Origin: Acidimicrobiales bacterium
GTDB lineage: Bacteria; Actinomycetota; Acidimicrobiia; Acidimicrobiales; JBBRAZ01
DNA: 64,000 nt
Direction of reading: 5' to 3'
NCBI GenBank assembly: GCA_038206295.1
Contig: JBBRAZ010000006.1
Span: forward strand, 48,734-112,733
Shown one piece after another: positions 1 to 8,247 of this stretch; the stretch's first letter is position 1; every line of letters starts with the position of its first letter. Under the pieces are notes generated by a model. The model ran no database searches. It saw nothing but the letters and a program-made list of their open reading frames with translations, and was not told the origin of the DNA. The position numbers and the translations under genes are program-made.

Positions 1-1220
1 CCGACGAGCTGCGAGAGGTTGCGGGCATCTGCGTCGACCGGGCGGCGCTCGAGCGAGCGGCCGAAGTCCTCGAACGACATGTTCTGGCTGCGGAGGTCGA
101 GGTTCGATGCGCAGGTGGTGTCGCCCCCGGCGATCTGGTTCGCCACCCAGGCCGCTCCCCCGGCCGCCTCGTCGTCGCGCTGCGCCAGCCACTCCCGGGT
201 GAACCCGCTGTTGTAGATGCCCCCAGGCCACTGCTGCGTCCACGGGTCGTCGATGACCGACATGGGCGTGATCGCCGCCAAGCTCGGCGGGTTGGTCGCG
301 GCGACGTACAGCTGCGTGATCCCCGAGTACGAGATCCCCATCATGCCGACCGCGCCGTGCTTGACCCACGGCTGGCGGGCAACGGTCTCGATGATGTCGT
401 AGCCGTCCGCTGCCTGGGCAGCGTTGAACACGTCGAACACGCCGCCGGAGCAGCCGCTGCCACGCACGTTCACGCCGACGTACGCGTAGCCGAGGACCGT
501 CGCCAGGTAGCCGCCGGCGTCTGGGCCGTCAGGCGTGCCGGGCTTCGAGGGGGCGTAGCCGGAGTACTGCACCACCGTGGGGTAGGGCCCGGCGCCGTAG
601 AGCCACGGGTCCGGGAGCCGCACGTTGACCGACAGCTCGGTGCCGTCCCTGGTCTCGAGGTAGCCGTAGCCGTCCGCGTCGGTCGATCCCGGCTTCACGC
701 CGCCGGTGACCTCGGTGACGACCGACGGCAGCGTCTGACCCTCGTACAGCGAGACGTCCGGCGTGTCGTCGATGTCGAGCACGTCGAAGGGGTCGCTTGC
801 CTCGACGGTGCCGGCGAAGGGCTCGCCGGGGACGCCCTCGCTGACGACGCGATAGGTGCCTGGCTGCAGGGTGCCGCCGTTGATCGTGGGCAGGATCCCG
901 TCGGTCTGCGGGTCGTGCACGAGGAAGTCGTCGGGCACGTACTGGAAGGTGAGCTGTCCGAGATCGTCGGTGAAGAGCGTGACGATGCGCTCGAGGGTCA
1001 GCCCGTCGACCAGCGTGAGCGGCGCTCGTGGCATGGCACCCGTGACGGTGGCCTGCTCGACGCCGGGATTGATCGCGAAGGTGGCCGGTGCCGCACCGGT
1101 GAGATCCACGATGCCGCCTCCGGCGGCACCAGCTGGTGCGACCGGGCCGGTGATGGCCACCGCCAGGCTCGACGCCACCAGCGCCACAACCAGCAGCACG
1201 CTGTTCGAACGATTGCGCAT
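1..1220 (-). CDS. CocE/NonD-family alpha/beta hydrolase (S15 X-Pro dipeptidyl-peptidase-like), secreted; C-terminus lies beyond the window edge
   Basis: Own reverse-strand translation from ATG (rc of 1218-1220): MRNRSNSVLLVVALVASSLAVAITGPVAPAG... (signal-peptide-like). The frame stays open down to nt 3. It contains VNVRGSGCSGG and GMMGISYSGITQ (GxSxG nucleophile elbow), typical of CocE/NonD hydrolases. It is missing from the ORF track because the window edge cuts it. Confidence 0.8.
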   Translation of the reverse strand, partial: MRNRSNSVLLVVALVASSLAVAITGPVAPAGAAGGGIVDLTGAAPATFAINPGVEQATVTGAMPRAPLTLVDGLTLERIVTLFTDDLGQLTFQYVPDDFLVHDPQTDGILPTINGGTLQPGTYRVVSEGVPGEPFAGTVEASDPFDVLDIDDTPDVSLYEGQTLPSVVTEVTGGVKPGSTDADGYGYLETRDGTELSVNVRLPDPWLYGAGPYPTVVQYSGYAPSKPGTPDGPDAGGYLATVLGYAYVGVNVRGSGCSGGVFDVFNAAQAADGYDIIETVARQPWVKHGAVGMMGISYSGITQLYVAATNPPSLAAITPMSVIDDPWTQQWPGGIYNSGFTREWLAQRDDEAAGGAAWVANQIAGGDTTCASNLDLRSQNMSFEDFGRSLERRPVDADARNLSQLV

Positions 1221-1363
1221 CGGTCCCCCTGTACCTCGACGATGCCGCGAGACGACGAAGGTTAGCGATCCGACCGCGTTGCGCGGCAGTCGGCCGCCCC
1301 CGCCAGGCAGCTCCGCCGACGCCAGCTACATTCGCTGCTTCACCGGCGCCGGGGGGCAACGCG

Positions 1364-2212
1364 ATGCAGGAGCTGGACGGGAAGGTCGCGGTCGTCACCG
1401 GCGCGGGCAGCGGCATCGGTCGCGCGCTGGCTCTGGCGCTCGCCGGGGAGGGGATGCGCGTGGCGCTCGCCGACATCGACCAGGACGCGCTGGGCCAGAC
1501 CACGCAGCTGCTGGTCGATGCTGGCTCCGCCGCCGGCGATGTGCGCACCCAGCGCACCGACGTGCGCCTCGAGGCGGCGGTGGACGCCCTCGCGGATGGG
1601 GTCTACTCCGACTGGGGTCGCGTCGACGTGCTGTGCAGCAACGCGGGCGTCGTCGTCGGCGGGCCGCTGTGGGAGCGCCCGGTCGCCGACCTCGAGTTCG
1701 TGCTGGGCGTCAACCTCTGGGGCATCCTCCACGGCATCCGCTCGTTCGTGCCCCGCATGCTGGCGCAGGGCGGTGAGGGGCACATCGTGCACACCTGCTC
1801 ATCGGCCGGGTTGCTCTCGTCGACCTTCGCCGGTCCCTACACCATCTCGAAGTTCGCAGCGCTGGCGGCGACCGAGTCCCTCGCGATGGACCTGGCCGCG
1901 ATCGGATCGACCCTGAAGGTCACCGCGCTGTGCCCGGGCTACGTGCAGACCGGGTTGGCCGCCACCTCGATGCGAAGCCGTCCCGATGAGCTGGCGGTCG
2001 AGGCGACGCCGATCACCGAGGTGGTCATGGGAGCGCTGGCGGCGGCCCTGGATGCGGGCATCGCCCCTGCATCGGTCGCGACCCAGGTCGTCGCTGCCAT
2101 CAGGAGCGAGCAGTTCCTCGTCCTGACCCACGAGCACCACCGAGACCACGTGCTCGCTCGTGCAGAGCGGCTCGCAGCGAACCAGCTCCCGGAGCCGGGC
2201 GACTACAGCTAG
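1364..2212 (+). CDS. Short-chain dehydrogenase/reductase (SDR) family oxidoreductase
   Basis: ORF track 282 aa. It has the N-terminal Rossmann motif VAVVTGAGSGIGRALAL, then NAGV, then the catalytic Y-x3-K (PYTISKFAA). ATG at 1364. Confidence 0.9.
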   Translation: MQELDGKVAVVTGAGSGIGRALALALAGEGMRVALADIDQDALGQTTQLLVDAGSAAGDVRTQRTDVRLEAAVDALADGVYSDWGRVDVLCSNAGVVVGGPLWERPVADLEFVLGVNLWGILHGIRSFVPRMLAQGGEGHIVHTCSSAGLLSSTFAGPYTISKFAALAATESLAMDLAAIGSTLKVTALCPGYVQTGLAATSMRSRPDELAVEATPITEVVMGALAAALDAGIAPASVATQVVAAIRSEQFLVLTHEHHRDHVLARAERLAANQLPEPGDYS

Positions 2213-2227
2213 GGCCGTGCCGCCAGC

Positions 2228-2905
2228 TCAGTGCTCGTGGTCGTGCCCGTCGTCCGCGAGCGTCGACGGCGGCGCCATCTCGTGGTGGCCGTGGCCGTCG
2301 TCCCCGAGCGTCGACGGCGGCGCCATCTCGTCGTGATCGTGTCCGTCGTCCTCGACCATCTCGTCGTGGTGGCCGTCGTCGTGCTCGTGCGTGCCGGCAT
2401 CGCTGGCGAGCACCGCCGTCGTGAGGGCGACCACCACCAGCGCGGGGACGCCGGCAGCCAGAGCCATCACGGGAGCGCGGAGGCCGGCGCCCAGCCGCGG
2501 CCGGGCGAGCAGCGCGGCGGAGCCCACGATCATCAGCACCTCGAACGCTGCGCACAGCTGATCGACGGCGGTCGCGGCCTCGGCCACGCCGGCATGACTA
2601 CCCCACGGCACCCCAGAGGTGCGGCTCACCGCCCAGATACCGAGGAACACGGCGTTGGCGACGATGTTCGCGACCAGCAGCCATCGCCGCGGACGCAGCA
2701 GGATGGCGAACGCGATCGCGATCTGGAACCACCCGGATGCGGCCATCGTGAGGCCGTCCATCGACGAGTCCTGGGAGTGGGGGGCGATCATCGCCAGGTG
2801 GATGATGCCCGCGCCTGCGGAGAGCGCCGCCATGACCAGCCTGACCGGCAGGCTCCAGATGTCGTGCTCGTCATCTGCGATCGAGATCGCCGCTGCGTCG
2901 CTCAT
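2228..2905 (-). CDS. Polytopic membrane protein with C-terminal His/Asp/Glu-rich repeat tail (putative metal-binding)
   Basis: ORF 2228..3007. I prefer the internal ATG at 2905 (MSDAAAISIADDEHD...) preceded by a G-rich stretch. About 5 hydrophobic segments are followed by THEHDDGHHDEMVEDDGHDHDEMAPPSTLGDDGHGHHEMAPPSTLADDGHDHEH. Confidence 0.7.
   Translation of the reverse strand: MSDAAAISIADDEHDIWSLPVRLVMAALSAGAGIIHLAMIAPHSQDSSMDGLTMAASGWFQIAIAFAILLRPRRWLLVANIVANAVFLGIWAVSRTSGVPWGSHAGVAEAATAVDQLCAAFEVLMIVGSAALLARPRLGAGLRAPVMALAAGVPALVVVALTTAVLASDAGTHEHDDGHHDEMVEDDGHDHDEMAPPSTLGDDGHGHHEMAPPSTLADDGHDHEH
2248..2333. repeat. 48-nt tandem direct repeat (2 copies) inside the His-rich tail coding region
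   Basis: gagcgtcgacggcggcgccatctcgt is identical at 2258-2283 and 2306-2331. It encodes the duplicated EMAPPSTL(G/A)DDGH unit. Confidence 0.85.
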
Positions 2906-3042
2906 CGTGCCCCCATCGTCGTGACCAACGTCACCGGTGCCACAGCCTGGCCGATCGAGCATATGCACCGTGTGTGCCGTCGCGGCCTCACCCCGCGTTC
3001 GCGCCACCAGCGACGGTCTCGGCGCGCGACGCTGGCGCCACC

Positions 3043-3522
3043 ATGACCAGCCCAGACGCCATTCCTCTTGATGCCACGACCATCCGGCTCTACCTGCGCC
3101 ACGCCTTCACCGGCATGGAGCGGGTGCTCGATCGGCTCGATGACGACCTCGTCAACCAGATCCCGGGCGCGTGGGGCACGAACACGCCGGCGGGCCTCAT
3201 CGTGCACTGCTGCGAGCTCGCACCATCGTGGTTCGAGGTGCCAGGACTCGGGCGCGAGGGCGTGCGCGACCGCGAGGCCGAGTTCGCCGCCCAGGCGACG
3301 GTGGCTGAGCTCCGCACCCGCATCGCCGCGACCGTCGAGCGGACAGATGCGCTCGCCGAGGAGCTCGTGGCCGGTCCGAGTGCGGGCGATCACCCTCTGA
3401 GGGACTTCATGCCCGGTGCCGACCGCAGCGATGGAGCCCTGGTGCTGCACGTCCTCGAAGAGCTGTTCCAGCACCTCGGACACCTCGAGGTCACCGCCGA
3501 CGCCTTGGCCGGCGGCGCCTGA
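3043..3522 (+). CDS. DinB-family (DinB_2/YfiT-like) four-helix-bundle protein
   Basis: ORF 2974..3522. ATG at 3043 gives MTSPDAIPLDATTIRLYLRHAFTGMERVLDRLDDD... and a C-terminal LVLHVLEELFQHLGHLE His motif. Size and pattern fit DinB-like proteins. The assignment is by recollection. Confidence 0.65.
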   Translation: MTSPDAIPLDATTIRLYLRHAFTGMERVLDRLDDDLVNQIPGAWGTNTPAGLIVHCCELAPSWFEVPGLGREGVRDREAEFAAQATVAELRTRIAATVERTDALAEELVAGPSAGDHPLRDFMPGADRSDGALVLHVLEELFQHLGHLEVTADALAGGA

Positions 3523-3575
3523 GCCGAGCTGCGCTCGCGGCTCGGGACGCTGCGGTCGCCAGCTGCGACGCTAGA

Positions 3576-4055
3576 TCAGGTCGACGTGCCCCACCCGGGC
3601 AGCTTGCTCGCCTGCTTCACCCACCGAGCGAGCTGCGCCTCGTCGAGGACGTCGTCCTCGTAGATGTCGAGGTAGCGCCCGTCGTCGTTCTTGAACTCGC
3701 CGGGCGGCGGCGGACGCAGCGCCCCGCCATCGAAGAAGGTCACCTTCACGTACTTCGTGAGGACGTGGAAGCTGAGGAACCAGCCCTTGCCCTCGACGCC
3801 GTAGAAGGGGGAGTTCCACCGCACCGCCTTGCGGACGTCGGGGAGCGTGCGGCTCACGACGTCGTCGATGCTGCGCCCGAGGGCGCTCTTCCAGCCGGGC
3901 ATGGCAGCGATGTACTCCTGCACGGGTGCGTCGCCGTCCGCCTTCGCGATCTGAGGGTTGCCGCCAGCGAGGAGCTTCGGCTCCTTGTTCGGCGCCTTCT
4001 TGGCCGGCGCCTTCTGCGCTTGGGTGCCGCGCCGCGGCGATCCGCTCGTGCCCAC
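3576..4055 (-). CDS. DUF1801 (YdhG-like) domain protein
   Basis: ORF 3576..4133. A GTG at 4055 lies 7 nt downstream of a strong RBS (agaaggag, rc of 4062-4069). The sequence ...EYIAAMPGWKSALGRSIDDVV...VRWNSPFYGVEGKGWFLSFHVLTKYVKVTFFDG... is typical of DUF1801. Confidence 0.8.
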   Translation of the reverse strand: MGTSGSPRRGTQAQKAPAKKAPNKEPKLLAGGNPQIAKADGDAPVQEYIAAMPGWKSALGRSIDDVVSRTLPDVRKAVRWNSPFYGVEGKGWFLSFHVLTKYVKVTFFDGGALRPPPPGEFKNDDGRYLDIYEDDVLDEAQLARWVKQASKLPGWGTST

Positions 4056-4270
4056 AGCATCGCTCCTTCTGTCGACTTGCGCCCTGGGCGCGCCGGATCG
4101 GCGCCACCAGCGTGGCACTCGGGCGCGCAGCACGCACCTGGACCGAGCCGGCAGGGCGGAGCGTCATGGTCGATCGGTTTCCGCTGAGCACGTGCAGCTG
4201 TGCTGTGGAGGGCGTCGCTGGGGTAGAGCACCGGGGAGTCCACGCGCACCAGCGTCCCAGGGAGCGAACG

Positions 4271-4393
4271 ATGAAGATCGGTAACACCGAGGTCCGGGCC
4301 ATGGGTGGCGCACCCGGGTGCCTCGCCATGTTGGCGGCATCGCTGGTGGCATCGGTCGTGCTCACGGTCCTGCTGAACACGCTGCTCCGCTGA
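4271..4393 (+). CDS. Possible 40-aa hydrophobic leader/small membrane peptide upstream of the antiporter
   Basis: ATG at 4271 is preceded by ggagcg. It encodes MKIGNTEVRAMGGAPGCLAMLAASLVASVVLTVLLNTLLR, and the stop lies 11 nt before the antiporter GTG. There is no homology evidence. Confidence 0.25.
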   Translation: MKIGNTEVRAMGGAPGCLAMLAASLVASVVLTVLLNTLLR

Positions 4394-4404
4394 GCAGCGA
4401 CCAG

Positions 4405-5772
4405 GTGACCCTCGACCCCTACGAGCTCGGCCTCGCCATCGCAGGCGTGGCCGCCCTGCTCGCCGCCTGGCTCCCGGCGTATCTCTCGCGCCGCGCGCTC
4501 TCCCTGCCGATTCTGCTCGTGGCAGCTGGCGCGGTCGTCTTCGCCCTCCCGATCGGGCTGGAACCGCCCGATCCTCGCGACCACCTGCAGATCGTCGAGC
4601 GGCTGACCGAGCTCGGCGTGATCATCGCGCTGATGGGCGCCGGTCTGCGGATCGACCGGCCGTTCAGCTGGCGCACGTGGGGGACGACCTGGCGGCTGCT
4701 CGCGATCGCCATGCCCTTGACGATCGCCCTCACCGCGGTGCTCGGTGCACTCGTCGGAGGTCTTGCCGCGACGAGCGCCCTCCTTCTCGGCGCCGTGCTC
4801 GCGCCGACCGATCCCGTGCTCGCGTCCGATGTGCAGGTCGGAGAGCCGACGCTGGACCGCACACCCGAGGCCGACGCCGAAGACGACGTGCGATTCAGCC
4901 TCACGAGCGAAGGCGGGCTCAACGACGCCTTGGCCTTTCCCTTCGTCTACGCAGCCATCGCCATCGCCCACGAGGGTTGGGCACCGTCCGACTGGATGCT
5001 CGAGTGGTTCACCCGCGACCTGGTCGCTCGTGTCGCCATCGCTCTCATCGTCGGGTGGCTGGTCGGTCGACTCCTCGGCGTCGTCGCGTTTCGACCCCCG
5101 GGACGGCTCAGCGCACTGGCCGAGACCCGCCAGGGCTTCGTCGCCGTGGCCGCGACGCTCCTCGCCTACGGGACGACCGAGATCGTCAGCGGGTACGGCT
5201 TCCTGGCGGTGTTCGTGGCCGCCGTCGTGCTGCGAGGCTCAGAACGCCAGCACGAGTTCCATCGCGAGCTGCACGCGTTCACCGAGCAGACCGAGAACCT
5301 CCTGGTGGTCGGGCTGCTGCTGCTGTTCGGTGGGGCGCTGGTGGGCGGCGTCCTCGAAGGCCTCACGTGGCCAGGCGCGGCTGTCGGCCTCCTCCTCGTC
5401 TTCGTCGTCCGCCCGCTCAGCGGCCGCGTCGCGCTGAGCGGAACCCACCTCACCCACGAGGAGAAGTGGGCGATCTCCTTCTTCGGCGTGCGCGGGTTCG
5501 GCTCGATCTACTACCTCGCGTACGCGCTCACGGCTGCGCCGTTCGCGGACGCCGACCAGCTCTGGGCCATCGTGTCGGTGGCGATCGTCGCCTCCATCGC
5601 CACGCACGGCATCACGGCGACGCCCATGATGAACCTGATCGACCGGGCGGCTCGTCGTCGGCGCAGACGTCGACCCGCAGGACCGGCGGGCGCAGCCGCT
5701 CTGCGACTGGAGGCCGAGAGCGCCGAGGTGCTCGATCGGCCCGCCGATGCCGTCGATGGCCAGCTCCTCTAG
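4405..5772 (+). CDS. Cation:proton antiporter (Na+/H+ exchanger, CPA1-like)
   Basis: ORF 4318..5772. The likely start is the GTG at 4405 (VTLDPYELGLAIAGVAALL...). There are about 11-12 TM segments and an LGAVLAPTDPVLAS motif characteristic of Na+/H+ exchanger family proteins. Confidence 0.85.
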   Translation: MTLDPYELGLAIAGVAALLAAWLPAYLSRRALSLPILLVAAGAVVFALPIGLEPPDPRDHLQIVERLTELGVIIALMGAGLRIDRPFSWRTWGTTWRLLAIAMPLTIALTAVLGALVGGLAATSALLLGAVLAPTDPVLASDVQVGEPTLDRTPEADAEDDVRFSLTSEGGLNDALAFPFVYAAIAIAHEGWAPSDWMLEWFTRDLVARVAIALIVGWLVGRLLGVVAFRPPGRLSALAETRQGFVAVAATLLAYGTTEIVSGYGFLAVFVAAVVLRGSERQHEFHRELHAFTEQTENLLVVGLLLLFGGALVGGVLEGLTWPGAAVGLLLVFVVRPLSGRVALSGTHLTHEEKWAISFFGVRGFGSIYYLAYALTAAPFADADQLWAIVSVAIVASIATHGITATPMMNLIDRAARRRRRRRPAGPAGAAALRLEAESAEVLDRPADAVDGQLL

Positions 5773-5826
5773 CGCCGCTCCGTCGCAGCGATGGGTGCGC
5801 CGCGTCAAGCGTCACGGCCACCGAGC

Positions 5827-6387
5827 TCAGCACTGCACGCGATACGCCACCAGCACCGCGCCCGTGCCGAAGCGACGCTCGTCGATGAGCTCGAGGTCCA
5901 TGCGCAGATCGGCTGGGAAGGCCGGCTTGCCGGCGCCGACCGTCACCGGGGAGAGCATCAGCCGGAGCTCGTCCACGACCCCGGCTCGCAGCGCATGGGC
6001 GGCGAGCTCGGGACCGCCCACCAGCAGGTCGGCCGACGACGCCTCCTTCAAGGCCCGCACCTCGTCGGCCTCGAACGCCGCCATGATGCGCGTCCGCGTC
6101 GTGACCGGGGCGGCGAGGGTGGTGGAGTAGACGAGCTTGTCCGAGTCCTGCCACGCGGCGGCGAAGTCGGCCAGCACCGCAGACTCCTGGAAGAACGACG
6201 GCTCCGTCTCCCACACGGCCATCGTCTCGTACATGCGGCGGCCGAGCAGCTGGGTGCCGATGCCGCGCATCATCTCGTTCCAGAACTCGTGCACATCCTC
6301 GTCAGGCTCCGACCAGTCGAAGGAGCCGCTGGGGTCCTCCGTGAAGCCGTCCAACGAGGCGTTGGTGGCGTAGACGAGCTTGCCCAT
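5827..6387 (-). CDS. Dihydrofolate reductase-like (RibD C-terminal domain) family protein
   Basis: ORF 5827..6540. ATG at 6387 follows the RBS ggagga. MGKLVYATNASLDGFTEDPSGSFDW...LLGRRMYETM...LLVGGPELAAHALRAGVVDELRLMLSPVTVGAGKPAF is the typical family pattern. Confidence 0.85.
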   Translation of the reverse strand: MGKLVYATNASLDGFTEDPSGSFDWSEPDEDVHEFWNEMMRGIGTQLLGRRMYETMAVWETEPSFFQESAVLADFAAAWQDSDKLVYSTTLAAPVTTRTRIMAAFEADEVRALKEASSADLLVGGPELAAHALRAGVVDELRLMLSPVTVGAGKPAFPADLRMDLELIDERRFGTGAVLVAYRVQC

Positions 6388-6551
6388 GCGTTCCTCCGAG
6401 CGGGTCGGCGTCAGCGCATCCGCTACGTTCGACGAGCCAACCGAAGCATTCTCATCGCGGCCGAGGGCACGAGCAATCGGTGTGGACCGCGGTGGACGGC
6501 GACCCCTCCCCCGATTCCAGGGCGATGCAGCTGCAGACACCTACGGGCGCG

Positions 6552-6803
6552 TCACAGGTCCTGCGGATCATCGGAGTACGGGATGGGGTGGTCGCGGCCC
6601 AGCTCGCTGAACCGCTCGTTGAGCGCAACAGCCAGGAGGTCGCGCTCCGGGGGGCTCGGCACGAGTGCGCCGAACAGGATCGCCTCGATCTCCAGCTCGC
6701 TCGCCATGCCGCCGACGGTGAAGTAGCGCCACCACAGGTCTGCCACCGACATCTCGAGGGCCCGGCGCGCCTCCTCGAGCGGGTCCAGGACCTCGCCCAT
6801 CAC
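6552..6803 (-). CDS. Small conserved-looking hypothetical protein (83 aa), translationally coupled to the ANTAR regulator
   Basis: ORF track. It has non-shadow composition (MMGEVLDPLEEARRALEMSVADLWWRYFTVGGMASELEIEAILFG...). Its ATG overlaps the stop of the upstream gene (ATGA at 6800-6803). Confidence 0.6.
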   Translation of the reverse strand: MMGEVLDPLEEARRALEMSVADLWWRYFTVGGMASELEIEAILFGALVPSPPERDLLAVALNERFSELGRDHPIPYSDDPQDL

Positions 6804-7918
6804 CGGTGCTCCTCGGCTCCCCGGTCGCGATCGACGGATGCGACCACCTCGGCCGCGTGCACACGGACCGTGACGCCTGCCTTGCGGGCGGCGCGATGCA
6901 GCGCGCCGGCCACATCCTCTGCAGTCAGCCCGTTGCGCTCCATGATCACCCCTTGGGCTTGGTGGATGACCTGCCGTGCGGTCAGGGCGCTCGTGAACCG
7001 TTGCCTCACCTCGTCGTCGGTCTCCTCCGGGCCAGCGGTGGTCAGGATCTCCGAGGCCTGCGCGGAGAAGAGCGCAGCGAGCTCTTGGTCACGAGTGCTG
7101 AACGCGTGCTCCTTCGACGAGTAGATGTTGAGCGCGCCTTGCGGCCGGTCCTTGGTCATCAACGGCGACGACAGGATGCTGTGGATGCCCTGCTCGAGTG
7201 CGAGCGGCACGAACTTCGGCCATCTGTCCTCGTCTTCCAGCGACTCGATGTAGAACCACCGGCCCTCGGCCTTCGCTGACAGGCACGGCCCCTCACCGGT
7301 GTCGTACTGGTGACCGTCCATCTCCTTGACGGCGTCGTCGCTCGCAGCGACCGTCATCAGGCGACCATGACGCTCGAGGGTCACGCTCACGCCATCGGCG
7401 TTCTCGACGGTCGACGCGGCTACAGCGGTGACCAATCCGAGCGCGGCGTCGACCACCCCTGTGCTCGACCGCACCAGAGCGCCGGAACCGCTCGCTGCAA
7501 GATCGACCTGGTCACCGTCGCCAGCGACTTGCGGGACATCGTCGTGCGCGCCGCCCCCGTGTGGCGTCGAGGGCTCCGCCTCGACGAAGGCGACGAGAGC
7601 GCTCATGTCGGTGATGTCGAAGACCCGCCGCACGAGCTGCGACGCGGACCGGACCGTGCACGTTCCGCCCAGCGGCTGCAGATGCTGCACGACGCTCGCG
7701 AAGGCATCGACGCCGGTCGCATCGATGAACGACACACCGCCGACGTCGACGATGAGATCCCGATGTCGGGGGTCCACCGTGGCGTTCAGCGCTCCGGCGA
7801 CGACCGCAGCGGTCAGCAGGTCCAGCTCGCCGCCGATCGCAACGACGACGGAGTCGTCGAGGAACTCGATGCCGAACTCCAGGTCATACATCCGATCGTC
7901 GCTCATGGCGACCGCCAT
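6800..7918 (-). CDS. STAS - GAF - ANTAR three-domain regulator (anti-sigma-antagonist-like domain fused to an RNA-binding antiterminator module)
   Basis: ORF track 372 aa. The N-terminal region FLDDSVVVAIGGELDLLTAAVV...LIVDVGGVSFIDATGVDAF...RVFDITDMSALV is STAS/SpoIIAA-like. The middle region DTGEGPCLSAKAEGRWFYIESLEDEDRWPKF...GIHSILSSPLM...GALNIYS is GAF-like. The C-terminal region ALTARQVIHQAQGVIMERNGLTAEDVAGALHRAARKAGVTV is ANTAR. The start could also be the ATG at 7906. Confidence 0.85.
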   Translation of the reverse strand: MAVAMSDDRMYDLEFGIEFLDDSVVVAIGGELDLLTAAVVAGALNATVDPRHRDLIVDVGGVSFIDATGVDAFASVVQHLQPLGGTCTVRSASQLVRRVFDITDMSALVAFVEAEPSTPHGGGAHDDVPQVAGDGDQVDLAASGSGALVRSSTGVVDAALGLVTAVAASTVENADGVSVTLERHGRLMTVAASDDAVKEMDGHQYDTGEGPCLSAKAEGRWFYIESLEDEDRWPKFVPLALEQGIHSILSSPLMTKDRPQGALNIYSSKEHAFSTRDQELAALFSAQASEILTTAGPEETDDEVRQRFTSALTARQVIHQAQGVIMERNGLTAEDVAGALHRAARKAGVTVRVHAAEVVASVDRDRGAEEHR

Positions 7919-8247
7919 CCTGTGTCAACGTCCGTGCACACGATCACCCACCGCCCCTCCACACCCACGATCAGTGTCGCCCGCGCAAAGCGTCCCAACC
8001 AGAGACCTAGGTCACATCGGCGACGCCGCTCCAGCTCCGGCGTCATAGCGATGTCAGCTCGTTCGAGCCTGCGTCTGGCAGCGAAGCGCCTCACCCTCAG
8101 CGGGGCCCGCCTCCCGCAGCGAGCACATCGACCTCCGCTGACCGTGGCCGGGATCGCCGCCCCCGTCCCTTCGATCTGGACCTCGCCGTGTGACAGGAGG
8201 CCACCAAGGTCACGACTGCTTCGCCAGCCACTGGGTATGGGTGGTCC

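Noticed and set aside
7919-8247. ANTAR target hairpins (paired stem-loops with A..G hexaloops) in the intergenic region next to the STAS-GAF-ANTAR gene.
   Set aside because: I found only weak 5-bp stems (e.g. gtgac..gtcac at about 8190-8215) and no convincing tandem hexaloop pair.
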